Notes: generated from the sequence alone by a model not told the origin. DNA of 63,776 nucleotides, filler included, from Reticulomyxa filosa (GCA_000512085.1; 20 parts of 20 records of this genome joined end to end with filler, not necessarily neighbours in it), one strand, 5' to 3'. Counted from the whole stretch's first letter, positions 1 to 13,850 are shown. Program-made: numbers and translations.

Positions 1-1
1 T

Positions 2-52
2 GGATCTGCAGATAAAAGTGTTCGTTTGTGGGATATTCGGTCTGATTCATAA
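2..52 (+). pseudogene. WD40-repeat fragment (GSADKSVRLWDIRSDS*)
   Basis: Manual translation gives the WD40 end motif 'S.D..VRLWD', followed immediately by a stop. The 5' part is cut by the contig edge. Confidence 0.6.
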
Positions 53-1473
53 AATTGACATCAATTTTATACTAAAATCTTTGGATTTGTTATTCTTGTA
101 TGAACTCTAATTCATATAAATTCATTGAATTAATACTTTTGCCGATAATACTCGAATTTTGGAATTATAGTCCAAATTGACAGTAACATTACCATTATTG
201 CATAATCTTTCCTTGTCTTTGCGTTGCAATGTGGTAATATCCAGTCTTTGTAATGATAGATAAAACATTTCTTTTGAACATATTTGGGGACATGGAAATA
301 CTGATATTGAACATTGATGAACATTAGAAGGACTGCAAGAATGAAACAGCAGTCACAAATGGAATGACAGATTTGTGAGCAATGCAAGGTGCAAATCATT
401 GCATTATTTTTTTTTTTGCAATTATAAAAATATCGAAAGAAATCCACTACTCAAAGTAGAATTACAATCACGCTAAGAAATCTGTGATAATATTCGCTGA
501 TAAACCCTAATACAAGTCGATATCATATTTCAATTCAATTATGCACGTGATAATATTGAGGAATATCAACAACATATGGGTCACAAATACCCACATAATT
601 ATCATTCTTATATGATTATCAATGATACAAATTATACAATCAAAATACACATTGATTGCAATCACGCATTGTAGCTATTTGTTGATGGCAAATCAAAGCA
701 ATATTTTCATTGTAATCATCACAATGTACATATAATAGCTGCTTGAAATGTTATTACGACCATACATACAGCAAAGTAAACAATCTGCAAGCGCAATTGG
801 ATATCATATCGTAAAAAAATAAAAGGAAAGTTTCAGTATCTTGATTATATTCTTTGTGCCTATCATTTGTTTGATGGTATGATAATTTAGCATCAATCGA
901 CAAAAATGATATACTATCATGTGCGTCAAAGATAGTACTCCAAATATTAAAATAATCATACTAATGTATAATTAACATTTGATTCTATTGATGTAAAAAG
1001 AAGATATCCAGCATCAGTAAATACAAATACAAATGGTAATGATAATAATAATACAACAACTACTAATACAAATTCTACAACTTAATTGATGAGCATAAGA
1101 AATTGTAGAAGGTGATGATAGAAGATGGAATACATCTGATATATTCTGATTGTATTATTTTTAACACAACAGTATTTTGTTCTTTTCATTTTCAGCATAT
1201 CTTTCCCTTTTTTGACTTTAATATAAGATAATGAAATTATATTAAATTTCATAGCTTTTAGTTTTTATTTTAAATAGTAATTATCAACACTATTTANNNN
1301 NNNNNNNNNNNNNNNNNNNNNNNNNNNNNNNNNNNNNNNNTTAATTAATTAANNNNNNNNNNNNNNNNNNNNNNNNNNNNNNNNNNNNNNNNNNNNGTAT
1401 ATACATATATGAAGTTTTAAGTAGTGCTGAAAAACAAGTGTTTTCTTTCACATTCGCGTTGTCGCAACAATAG

Positions 1474-2267
1474 TGGTACTTGAAACGAGGCTTGGGGATT
1501 TTGCAAGAGGAAGGCACGGTTGTGCTCAATTTTATTCCAAAACAAGACCGAACATGTTCTGATGAATTTTATCAAAGCGAGAAAATTAATCAATGTGTTG
1601 TTTGTGGAGCCAAAGAGCTTTTAGTCAAGTTTAACACTTTTTTTTTTTGTCTGAATAAATTGAATGAATAAATAAATTTATTTATTTATTTATTCATTCA
1701 ATTTATTTTTCCACAAAAAAAATTAGATATTATGTGGTGCCACAATGCTATCGAAAACATTTTCCTTTGGAATTGAAAGCACACTCTTCACACGATATAT
1801 TGCTACTTTGTCATGACTGTCATATTAAAGCATCGAAAAGTGAAGAGTTATTTCGGAGTACGTTGTGCAAGGAGTATGGTATTACATCTTGGAACGCTTC
1901 TGTCACAGAAATAGAGGACCAAGCCAAACAAGAGGCTTACAAAGCTGCTACTGCCTTTTCCAAAGCAAAACACACAATGCCATTGGAGAGGAAAGCACAA
2001 TTGCTTCAAGTCTTGAAAGATTACTTTTCTGAAGAAACTATGTCGGAACAAGAGTTGGTACAACAAGGCTGCAAACTATTTCAAAGCAGCAAATCCAAAA
2101 AGCAAGACATTCAAAAGCAAATCTTTCAAAAACATCTTGACGATATTTTGGAGTATGTGTGTGAATCGAATTGGAATACATTGATTGTTAGATGGAGAGA
2201 ACATTTTGTCGAAACGATGAACCCCCAGTTTTTACCAAAGTGTTGGTCTATTCATGCCGCTTACTGA
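1474..2267 (+). CDS. EXD2: EXD2-like 3'-5' exonuclease, C-terminal HNH-like region; 5'-partial, exons 1474-1628 and 1727-2267
   Basis: WYLKRGLG...KINQCVVCG / VVPQCYRKHFPLELKAHSSHDILLLCHDCH ... RWREHFVETMNPQFLPKCWS matches the EXD2 C-terminus (WYLDKGIG, ENLCVVCG, YRKHFPIEMKDHNSHDVLLLCTSCH, WRQHFLDSMQP). GT-AG intron 1629-1726 keeps the frame. Confidence 0.88.
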
Positions 2268-2774
2268 TGTTTTGAAGTCGTATTACTTTTGTTGTCTACT
2301 GCAAGGTTTAAGTAAATGGCTAACATTTTGTCCATATTTTTTGCAAGATCACAGTATTGCCAGTTCATATGCTTATTCAATATATTTCGGACTACTGATC
2401 AATTCTTCAGCTTCTTAAGAAATTTCTCTTTATTTTAGCACTTTATAGCTTATTCTCTCTTTAGTACACAGTTAAAAATATAAGATTGTGGATTCTTCAT
2501 ACTATTCTACATTAACATTTTGAAACATTAGACTATATTCTTTAGCCTTACAAGATAAACATTATTTTTAGCAAAGGAGGTAACGAACAAAGTTACAAAA
2601 CAAATAACATCCATTACCAAAAAAAAATTTCATTTGTAGAAAATTTGTTTTCATTTTATATTCGCAAAACTCACATAAGAAAATGCAATTATGAGGAATG
2701 AACAAGTAAAAAAAGAAGTCAATCTTCTTGTGTTACTTGTAAACTAAAACATTGTAAATTTAAAACTACCTTCA

Positions 2775-4951
2775 ATGGCGCAACAAAGTAGATGGACCCG
2801 AACAGAATACTATCTTCAAAGCAACGTATATTTGTCTAATTATCGAGTCTTTGAAAACGCTCCACAATCTTTTAAAGGCCACATTTTTATTGCCAAAGAC
2901 AGCACTCGACAATTGCAATTGACAGCAATAGAGGAACCTTGGGGACAAGGTTAGTTGCTGCTTTTGTTTCCTTTTATTTTTTCTTATTGAAAAAGTTTGT
3001 TGGTCCCTTTTAGACAACACAACGTTATATAAGTACTTGGACTATACATTTCGTCTGGCTGCAATTGAGAAGGAAGTATACGCATTTGATTGTATTAGCA
3101 GAAGACCAGGTTCAACAAATGTCATATTAAATAAATAAACTGCTAAAATATTAGAAAAATCCAACACTCTTTACTTTTTTAAAAAAGATGGCCAATGGAC
3201 GGAACCCATCGAAGAAATGGATAATATGTTGGGAGGTCCTCAATTGGGAAACCCTTATTCCACTGTTGTAAACACGGGCCATTTACACACTTGTGCTGAC
3301 TATTGCCCCTCTCTTAACACAATTGCAAACGTTTGTGTCCAAGTCAAAAATGTGTTAGGTGTTGGTCTGTTGGGCCAACACACAACCAACTGCGGACATT
3401 CGAAAAACAGTGCGAATGAGCGCAGTGGTTGCGAAGTGGTAACAATGATGAAAAAATCGTGCGAAATGGTTATGGTTTTCAACAGTGGCTTGCAAAGTAG
3501 GTTTTGGGATGGATTTATTTACATACTTATCCATGCCAATGATGGACGGTTGAAAGCAAAAGAAGCGTGGAGAGTGGCTTACGGGGATCCGGAGAGAAGG
3601 TACAATCCCGCCTTCGTTTCGGCTCAGTGGTTGAACAAATTTGTTCAGGGTTGTACCAACAAATCACTTCCTGGATGTTTTAAGTTGGTTACTATTTTTT
3701 TTATATTACATTGATAAGGGAATTTTAATCCGTTTGAAAATGACATGAACATCAAACGATTTTTTAATTTATTTTAACAGGTACCCCTGGTTACGTTCAC
3801 TACAATGGAGAAACGCCACTGGTCATCTTTTTGACCCAAGGGAATCTCCATCACCCAAAGCTAACACTGAAACAAACAATTACTCTAGCACAGACTCGCC
3901 TTTGCACAATGTTGATTGGGCAAGCTCCGTCTGCAAACCTAAGTTAGCGATTGAAATAAATTGTAAAGATGCTGAGAAAACGTGTGATGATGCAAGAATT
4001 CGTGAAATGATTGAAGACTGTTTGTTTCACAAAATTATTAATTTTTTTCTACTTTTAATTTTTACTTGTTTAAATATATAAAAAGATTGCCGCTCAAATG
4101 TTATAAATTGTCCAAGCAAACGTAATATCATAGTGAACGTAAAAAATATTAAACAGAGGTTATTAGAAGAAGTTAAAAAGTTGTCAGACATAAGAAATGT
4201 TAAAATAGCCTGGATGACACCAATGCTATTTGTTCGTCGCCAAAATTTTGATTTAGAATTTTTGTATCCAATTAATTTGGACGCTGTCAAATTTGCGATT
4301 TGTATGGAAACCAACGCTTTAAATACAAAGAAATTGAGTTTGACAAATCATTATTGCTGTTATTTAACAGCAGTCGCTGCTTTTCATGTTAAACAATGGG
4401 AAGCCGTGAGAACAAATGAAACCAGTGCTGAAACATTTCAAAACGATTCCTTACCGGAAATTATTTTGCAGTTTAAACAATTTTTGACTGTTAACATGGC
4501 TTATAGCAATGCTCGTTTAATTGGCCCTATCTATCGAACCTCATGGTTATTATCTTTTGCTCCAGTTTTTGATCAAAGCAAAATTAATGCTGAAAGGATT
4601 GAAAATCGCCTACGAGTTTATTATTTTAACTTTGATGAAAATAAATTCAATTATTATTCTACTAATGTTGATCAGCGTGTATGTGATAAAGTTGTGAAAG
4701 AAAGTACAGTTTTACAACAACAATTACTTCAGTTGTACAACTTGTTTCGAAAGTACGGTGAAATCATTAGTATCGTTCCTTTGAGACATTGCACTCCCAA
4801 TCCAACCTCAGCATTTCGTTGTTTTTTGGGAAATGGTTTCGAAGTTTTATTTCAAGATTCAAATTCTGTTGTTGAAAGCTATTGCAAATATTTGAAAAAC
4901 GGGGGGTTCACCAACGCCGGATTTATGCTGGATTTTGTCGAAACAGTTTGA
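2775..4951 (+). CDS. Five-exon hypothetical protein with possible C-terminal RRM-like segment
   Basis: ATG at 2775. Exons join in frame across GT-AG introns (about 2950-3013, 3110-3187, 3684-3780, 4020-4133), linking ORFs 3217-3714 and 4133-4951. The C-terminus 'LYNLFRKYGEIISI...GNGFEVLF' resembles an RRM. Confidence 0.6.
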
Positions 4952-5533
4952 ATACGTTTTCTTTTTTGGCTAAAATAATGAGATAAGTTTAAAAAAATTT
5001 GGTTATAGCGTGAATTTGCTCTATGGAATAACTCATGTCTCCTCTACGCAACATGCAAAAAATGTAATAAATTAGAGAATGAAGAAGAACTAATTAATAA
5101 AAAGGATACAGATTTAGTAGCTTTTCTTTCAAAACCTTTTGATAACTTAAGCGATGATTTTCTTTGCCAATCTGATATTGACACAAGTGAACTAATCTCA
5201 AAATATTTGGAACAAGACACATCGATTGTTTCAAAGTTACAAAATTAAAAATTGGTTTTTGAATTCATTCGCAGTATTCAACATAAATATTGAAAATCTA
5301 AAATGTAAATGAAAAGATTATCCATTTGACATTTTTCAAAAATAATGTAAACATTGAATAACTCGTTGCTTTGTTTTAAAATTTAAATGTAAGCCATACA
5401 TTTTCAATTATTAATGGATAAGCAGTGTGTTGTCCGAACTCTTATATCGACTTTACAAACATCCTAATGGACTATAAAGAGTTGAAAATAATGTATCCAT
5501 TTTAGGCAAAGCACTACAACAAAATTTTTGCAA

Positions 5534-6653
5534 AGATTGCAAAAAAACTGCATACATAAATAGTATACTTATGACGAAAATTGATTTTCTCCATGAAAAA
5601 TAAACATTTAAACCTAATTTTTTTTGCATTAAAAAAAACTACAAATCTTGTAGTTTTTAAAATATGAAATTGGTTTTAATAACTTTTTTCTAGGTTGGTT
5701 AAAACATCTTTTTTTCATATGGTTTTTAAAATTTCGCATGCGTAGCTCCTTTCGAACAAAGCAAGCTCAAATCATTATATTTCTGGTACTAGAGACTTGA
5801 TATTTGAATGACAGATTTTTCTGATAGAATCGCAGTTTGTACATTTCGTCATAAAAGGTTCCACTGACTCTGTTTCTTGATTGTATCATCTGCAGTCAGG
5901 TGACTATGTTCTTTTTATACTATGTAAATATTAGTTGAATTCTACTTTTCCTGTTATTAGTTTGCAGACAATCCTTCGTTTATATGTTTGTAACTGATGC
6001 AGCAAAGTATTTTCAGACGATTGCGCTTCGATTAAATTTCTCAAAAATTGTTTTGGATGTTGATGTCTTTTGACTTCTGCGCCTTCATTTGTCCAGTGAA
6101 GATTCCAATCTATTGCAAAATATGGAGACCGTTATGTGATATTCAGCAATAATTTTTTAATGTACAAAATTTGATTTAGTCCTAGTTGAATATTTTCAGC
6201 TTTCATTCTTGCATTTTTTGCCTGTTTGTAAGCTTTTTCGTTGCAATATAATTTTAGTGATTATGTTCTCCAATAGACTGTAGAATATCTTGACATTAAT
6301 GTATTTGATTTTCGTATTGTTCTGGATGGACTTTGTTTAGTATTGCATTAACTGCAAATTTACAATCGCTCATGACAACTACTATTTTTCTTTGCATCTG
6401 TAGTTTTCTCTGACGTTTTTTCAGTCATTCGACTTCACATCATACAGTAGATTGCAAAAAAAACTGCCATACCTAAATGTCACTATATGAAGAGAATCGA
6501 TTTTCTCCATGAAAAATAAAGATTTAAACCTAATTTTTTTTTTAAAAAATATCTACAAATCTTGTAGTTTTTAAATATGAAATTGGTTTTATGATAAGTT
6601 TTTCCTAGGTTGATTAAAAATATGATTTTTTAAAATGATTTTTAAAAATTTCG
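5534..6653. repeat. Diverged ~200-bp direct repeat (5534-5736 and 6449-6653)
   Basis: Shared blocks GATTTTCTCCATGAAAAATAAA.ATTTAAACCTAATTTTTTT and CTACAAATCTTGTAGTTTTTAAA..ATATGAAATTGGTTTTA occur in both copies. Confidence 0.85.
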
Positions 6654-7299
6654 AAGGACTTNNNNNNNNNNNNNNNNNNNNNNNNNNNNNNNNNNNNNNN
6701 NNNNNTTAATTAATTAANNNNNNNNNNNNNNNNNNNNNNNNNNNNNNNNNNNNNNNNNNNNATAATAAATGAAAAAGAAAAAAAAAAAATGAAGTGAAAA
6801 AAAAAGAAAAAAAGTAAAATATAAAGTTAATTTTTAAATTTTTTTTATGTTGAAAGTAATGATTATCCTGCATGAGGATAACAAACAAAGTTAAGTTACT
6901 TATTCTTTTTCTTTATGTATGTTTGTTTTAAAAAACAATTTGAAGATACTTATCACATTATAGAAATCAAACTGCTATCCTACATATCGCGCGACGACAA
7001 TGAAAATGATTATATCAAATCGCAAAGATGTGTCAATGCCAGCTGGCAACAACAATGAGAACGATGAAGAAGAACATAAAATATTGGATATGGCAGATCA
7101 ATCTTTGAAGTGAATTTTGGCTATTCTCAAACATTTGTCTTAAATTCAAATCAATGTCAACAATATCGATATTTACATGTCTATTAGTCAAGCATTAAAT
7201 CACACAATACAAGATCGAATCATCATGCCCAATATCGCCATCAAAAGTAGAAAATATTAATTGTTGAATTTAATTTGAAAAAGTAGTTATCTTTATCTT

Positions 7300-9450
7300 T
7301 CTTTAATAATCTTTAATTTGTGTGTTATTTATGTACATATTTATGTATATACAAGATTTGAAACAAAACTCGTTATCCAAGTGAAAGCGTAGAGACTATT
7401 TATCATTTGTTCAAAACAGAGTGTGTATATAATATGTGTCCCATTACTGATTATCTAAACTCAAAACATCAAATTCAAGGAGCAATCATGGTAATTCTAT
7501 TTCCAGGTTTTTTATTATTATTATGTTTTCAGTTGTTGTAATAAATATATATTAATTAAAACAATGTGAACATGAACCTCTTCATTATATAGCAGGTGTG
7601 GAATAAAGCAAAAGGAAATGAAAAAGCAGAAGAATATATTAATGACAACACATGGAGACGTTCCCAAGATACAATTGGCACGGATGGAATTCCTTTGAAA
7701 GAATATTGAAGTTAAAAACATTAATTACTTTGTTTTTCTTTCTGGACAATTTGTATTAATTGTTGTTTGTTATTTTTGTTTTTACAACAACAAGTTCACT
7801 GTTGGTATAGGAATCGCAAATGAAGAAGAAGAAGTGCAGAGCAAACGATGCTGTCTTGATTCGAATGGAGGCGTCACAAAAGATACAACAAAAATGTTAC
7901 TTGCAAGCGATATGCCGAAAGTAATAATATAGAGAACCTCACATAATAAACGGTGAATGATGTCAATGCGAAAGACACATGAAGATGTTGAATTGGTCTA
8001 ATATCGGGAGTACAATCTCCAATCGGTCAATACAATTAGTGGATATTTTCCAAGGCAACATTCATTCGAGTCAAGAAACTTCAATGTCACGTCATGTCGT
8101 TGTGGTGATGTCCGCGTTCTCAATGATCACTCATCTCGTCAATATATGAGCAGTCCTGCAATTGTGAATACGAAAGCAATTCATCATTCCTCGTTGATGC
8201 AATACTGGTCTACTTGGCCAAATCCTAAGTTCACAAATATTTCCATCAAAAGTAGAAAAAAATAAATTGATTGATTGTATTTAGTAATGTCCAGAAAACA
8301 AATAATTTGGATTGGCTCCACAAATCCATCAATCGACAATCAACAATTACATTACCGATATTAAAATGTAGCCCTATCATGAATCACAATCAAGGATAAC
8401 AAAGACAATGTGGACCTAATTCATTAACAAAATGTAGCTCAATTGTGACCATGTCTTCTCTTGGTATGCTGTAATCACAATTCAAAAAGGATTACTTTGT
8501 GGTACGTTCATAAATATATACACCCAATAGACACAATCCATGAAAGATAGCTGTATTAGAGTTGTGATAAATGCAAATGCAAGTGGTGCTGAATAGAGGG
8601 GGATATTCGAGTAAATAGTATCAATCATGGAAGGTCTACATTACTTTTATCATATTTTCAGTTGTTGTGATATATCTTGAGCAAAACATTATAAACATGG
8701 ACCTTTTAGGTTTCGAGTGAAAAAAAAGTAAATTAAAAAAGTGGAAAAAAAATATCGATCAAGCATAAGAACTATGTCAAGAGATATAACAAATGTTCAT
8801 GAATCGTGCAAGATGAACTTATCGATAGAAATAAATGGACAACGTAAACAAAGGCAATTGATGCAATCGATCAATAAAATGTGGTTCGTTTTAATTAATA
8901 CATCCACTACAATCATAATTTTTGTGACATATGTCGACACAGTGACAATAGACATTATATACTTATGATTACGCAATAACATCCGGCCTGATATGCAATC
9001 AACTCATCATATGCATAACCAATAAAATACCAGTCGTTGTCATTCATATGTATTTGCAATTATATATGTGGCTCCACCAAAGATGCATGAAGACATTTCC
9101 GATATAGAATTGGTATGATCTTTGTGTTGATTTGGTGGAGGATATCAATGCATTGGTATATTGCAATTGGATTGCAAACGAACATTGGATATTGAGTCAA
9201 GGAAGATTGGAAGGAAATTATTGAATTGAATGAATTCATTTTTTTGTTATTATCATATATTTGAAAGATTGAAGTTAAAAAAGCATTGCTTATTTTTGTC
9301 TACCTTTCAAAGCAGTTTGAATTAATTGTTGTTTGTTGTTTTTGTGTTTACAACAACTAGGATATGCTAAGTCCACTGGTAGTGCATGTTATGGAACCGC
9401 AAATAGAGATGAAGAAGATCTTGCATTGAAACAATGCTGGTTATCTGCTT
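7300..9450 (+). pseudogene. Decayed DEAH/RHA-helicase-like gene fragments (at least two partial copies)
   Basis: Motif IV-like GAIMVILFPG (7479-7508). Motif V-like KMLLASD(I)AES with a 1-nt frameshift (7891-7922). Motif III-like HVVVVMSA (about 8093-8116). Many stops. Block ~7706-7860 is repeated at ~9268-9440. Boundaries approximate. Confidence 0.5.
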
Positions 9451-9464
9451 GAGACAAAGTAACG

Positions 9465-11975
9465 ACTCAACACATTGAACAATGACCAAGCATTGTATTT
9501 AATGTGAATAAAAATAAGGCTATAAATAATGCCTTCCAATCGATTGACACTTGTATTGGTTTTGTTTCGTCACTATTGTCGTAATTGGGCACTTGCAATG
9601 ATGTCGATACCATTGTGTAATTTTGGGATCACAGTTGTATCACTATTTTCTTTATCTCCTTTGCTGATTGCATTGACTGCTGTTAAAGACAAATTCGATT
9701 GCACTAATGGTTATCATCGAGCAAAGCAAGACTTATCATGACATCGGAGTACACACAAAGGCAAAAATGAAAGCAACATTGCCACAATATATATGTATAT
9801 ATATTGGCAATATTGTCTGCACAATTTCTTCGATGATATAACAAATCAACACATTTATTTGTTTTATGTTATGTTCTGTTTCTTTAATGCAATTCATTGC
9901 ATTGTGTGATTTGTTATTGTCATTGAAATACAAGTGTGTTTTACTCTAACTGTCGTTGTTTTTCAAATGTGGTTGTATTTTGATATCTGAAATAAACAAT
10001 CCAAATAAGGTCCAGATTTTAACACTTCTTGCGTTCTTCTCTCTTGGTGCAGTTGAAAATATCTTTTATCTCCAAGTGTTTCCTCTTTGGATAGTTCGTT
10101 TGTGCATTCATTTTTCTATTTCCCCAAACTTCTGCAATGAATAATATTATTTGAAAAAAAAACAACATCATTTTCTTTTAAAAATACAAAGTAAAAAGAT
10201 AGCTCTTCTTTTATATAATCAAATTAATTCCCGTGAAAGTAAGGTAATATTTCAGACTAGTTTGTAAGAAGGGTGGCGACTTAAGTGTAATACGAGAGTG
10301 ATTTATTACTGAAATGGATTTTCAATAAAACAAAAGTAAATTAAATAAGAACATAATTTACAAGACAAATAAAAACAAGAAAACAAAAAACTTTTGATGA
10401 AATGAAAGTTTTAGGAACAAGGGTTCAAGCCCCTTTTCACTTTGATAACAGTTGGTAGGTGTTGTTATCCAGAACAAATAATGACAGAAAAGTATGGTAT
10501 GGCCATGAAACTAATTTCCCAAAAATTTTCTTTTTTTTCTGCTTTAATTCCGTTTCTAGTGAAATCAGCTCGAAGAGCAATCCTTCACATTTTAGTCTTA
10601 CAAGTTTGTTGCCATGCCTCACTTTCTCAACTAATTCAGTTGTTTTTTTAAGGAAAATTCTAGCTGTAAAATACGTAAAAAACAAAAACAAATATACTAA
10701 TATTTATTTAGGAATCTGATGAATTTATAAGACTTATGCAATTTTAACAAATTGATTTGATTTATTATCGTGGAAATATAAAAGAAAAATGAGTTGTAAA
10801 TTGCTACAATGTGCGATATTTCACATTGCATTTATGCTCCAAATTAAATAGAATTGGTTTATTTTGTACAAAAAAATTACAAAAGCTAATTCATTTGGAT
10901 TATCCCTTTAGGAAATGAAAATTATTTAATCTCTAAAAAAAACGAATGTCTTTGACGTAATTTTTGCCATCAATATTCAAATTATATTGTTATCTGAACA
11001 AAACACAATAGTTTGACTACCTAGAAATATTTCAATTGATTCATACGATAAAATGACCAAATAATATTTTCAATTCTTTTTCTGTGTCGACATCCCAAGT
11101 TGAATTGTTTTGTTGAATGAATATAACACAACGACTCGCAAAACTTGCTTCCATTCATGATCATAGACTCAACACGTTAAACAGTGACCAAGTCATTGTA
11201 TTTGATTTGAATAAAAAATAAGGCCCCAAATACTGTCTTACAATCGATTGTCATTCCCATTATCATTTCTATTGTCGTCATTATGCACTTGAGATGATGT
11301 CGATAACATAGTCTAATTTTGGGATCACAGTTTTATCAACCTATCTTCTTCACTAATTGCCAAAGACGTCTTCGATTGCATTACCATCTCTATCATGAGA
11401 TGAATTCTTATTGTAAAGCGTGTTATTACTGCGCCAACAGAAGCAAAGAAAGTACTTATCACGATCTCGAATGTGCACAAACACGAAAATGAAAACAATA
11501 TTGTCGCAATATATATATTTTGGTAATTTGTCCGTCCAATTCCTTTCGATAATGCAAAGTATGATATAACAAATTAACACATTGATTTGTCTTTATTTTG
11601 TCCTTTTTCTGTTAATGAAATTCTGTGATTTGTTATGTTGCAATGTATTATATTTTCATTGCTATTGCTATTTCTAATATAGTTGTTTTTTTTATTTATC
11701 ATTTCAATCATTCTTGTTATTATCAATATCAGAAGCAGTCGATCTGAATAAGCAGCCAAATAAGACCAAGTTGATCCATATTCATTTCCCGGATGAGATG
11801 TATTAAATGAAATTGTACCCATCCAACGATTATTCACTCGCATCAAAACAGAGCCAAATGTTTTACATAAGCTCAAATAAGTACAATCTTTATGATCAAC
11901 CATCAAATTCGTCTCACAACAAACATCTTTAATCTTTAAGTGTTTTCTCCTTGAAGAGTTGATTTGTGCATCCAT
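9465..11975 (-). repeat. Two diverged copies of a decayed gene (about 9465-10110 and 11168-11975)
   Basis: Minus-strand starts MNAQTNYPKRKHLEIKD and MDAQINSSRRKHLKIKD. Shared DNA such as GATGTCGATA.CAT.GT.TAATTTTGGGATCACAGTT. Interrupted frames. Confidence 0.7.
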
Positions 11976-12658
11976 TTTTCTATCTCAACAAAATTTTGCG
12001 ATGAATAATGTTACTCGAAAAAAAAGACAAAAAAAAAAAATGAGCAAATGATCAACCCCCCCCAATAATAAATGTAAAAAGATCACGCATACAAAAAAAA
12101 TTATTAATCACCAAAGATGATCAAGGACATTTATCCAAGAGATCTCCCACGGCGGCAAGTGAAGGTTCTTCTATCCATATTTATCGATTGCGATTGTACC
12201 ACTTTGATCTACGTATACTTATCGATCGGGGAATTACTTACGCCTTCCGAAAATCCATGATATGTGCATGGCCTGAATAAGGTCTAACGAAAACCCAAAC
12301 GACTTAGTTGTGTTCGAATATCATTTGTTGATGTTGCAAGGATAAGTCAGTGTGTTGTGGAACACAGTGTGATATGTGAGTGTAGCCATGCTCGTAATTC
12401 TTTCAGTTTATTTTCTACAACAACCCCTTGTCGTGAGTGCACACGTTGTATTGGTTTGTTTGCAATGTCACACCATCCAGTCTTCTGTTGAACAGTCTTG
12501 CACTTGATTACATCCAATGCAAGAGTCGTCCGATGGATATGCGTTCATGTCTCTGGTCNNNNNNNNNNNNNNNNNNNNNNNNNNNNNNNNNNNNNNNNNN
12601 NNTTAATTAATTAANNNNNNNNNNNNNNNNNNNNNNNNNNNNNNNNNNNNNNNNNNNN

Positions 12659-13850
12659 CGCCAGCGAGCCGAGCAGCGAAGTCAGCCAGGTTACCGGCAT
12701 GTACTTGCGCAGACCACCCATATTGCGCATGTCCTGATCGTGGTGCATGCCCATGATCACGGAACCGGCTGCCAGGAACAGCAGTGCCTTGAAGAAGGCG
12801 TGGGTCATCACGTGGAACATGGCCACGGAGTAGGCAGACGCGCCCAGTGCCACGGTCATGTAACCCAGCTGCGACAGGGTGGAGTAAGCCACCACACGCT
12901 TGATGTCGTTCTGCACAATGCCCAGGAAACCCATGAACAGCGCGGTAATCGAACCAGCCACCATCACGACGTTCAGCGCGGTGTCGGACAGTTCGAACAG
13001 CGGGCTCATGCGCGACACCATGAAGATACCGGCCGTCACCATGGTGGCGGCGTGGATCAGCGCGGAAATCGGGGTCGGGCCTTCCATCGAGTCCGGCAGC
13101 CAGACATGCAGAGGGAACTGCGCCGACTTGCCCATCGCGCCGATGAACAGGCAGATGCAGGCCACGCTCAGCATCATCCAGTCGCTGCCCCACAGCGGGG
13201 CCGGGAACTTGATCTGCGCCAGTTCGTTCGCCTTGGCGAAGGTTTCGGTGTAGTTCAGCGAGCCACCGTAGGCCACCAGCAGGCCGATGCCCAGGATGAA
13301 GCCGAAGTCGCCGACCCGGTTCACCAGGAAGGCCTTCATATTGGCGAAGATCGCGGTCGGCTTGGTGTAACCAGAAGCCGATCAGCAGGTAGGACACCAG
13401 ACCAACCGCTTCCCAGCCGAAGAACAGCTGGATGAAGTTGTTGGACATCACCAGCATCAGCATCGAGAAGGTGAACAGCGAGATGTAGCTGAAGAAACGC
13501 TGGTAACCCGGGTCTTCGTGCATGTAGCCGATGGTATAGATGTGCACCATCAGCGACACGCTGGTTACCACCACCAGCATCATCGCGGTCAGGGAGTCCA
13601 CCAGGAAACCGACGGAGAATTCAAAACCACCTACCGTCAGCCAGGTGTAGACAGGGCCGTTGAATACCTGGGCGCTTCCATCAAGGAAGCCCTTCAGTAC
13701 GCCGATCGACAGAACCGCCGATACCGCTACGCCGAGAATCGTCACGACGTGAGCAGCACGGCGACCAATCGCCCATCCAAACAGGCCTGCAATGATCGAT
13801 CCCACCAGCGGTGAGAGCGCGATCAGCAGGTATAAGCTCTTCATATCCAT
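12659..13850 (-). CDS. nuoL: NADH-quinone oxidoreductase subunit L (3'-truncated; one frameshift at 13369-13370)
   Basis: YQRFFSYISLFTFSMLMLV, GWEAVGLVSYLLIGFW, then in the other frame KAFLVNRVGDFGF, GKSAQFPLHVWLPDSMEGPTPISALIHAATMV. High GC; nuo operon context. Confidence 0.97.
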
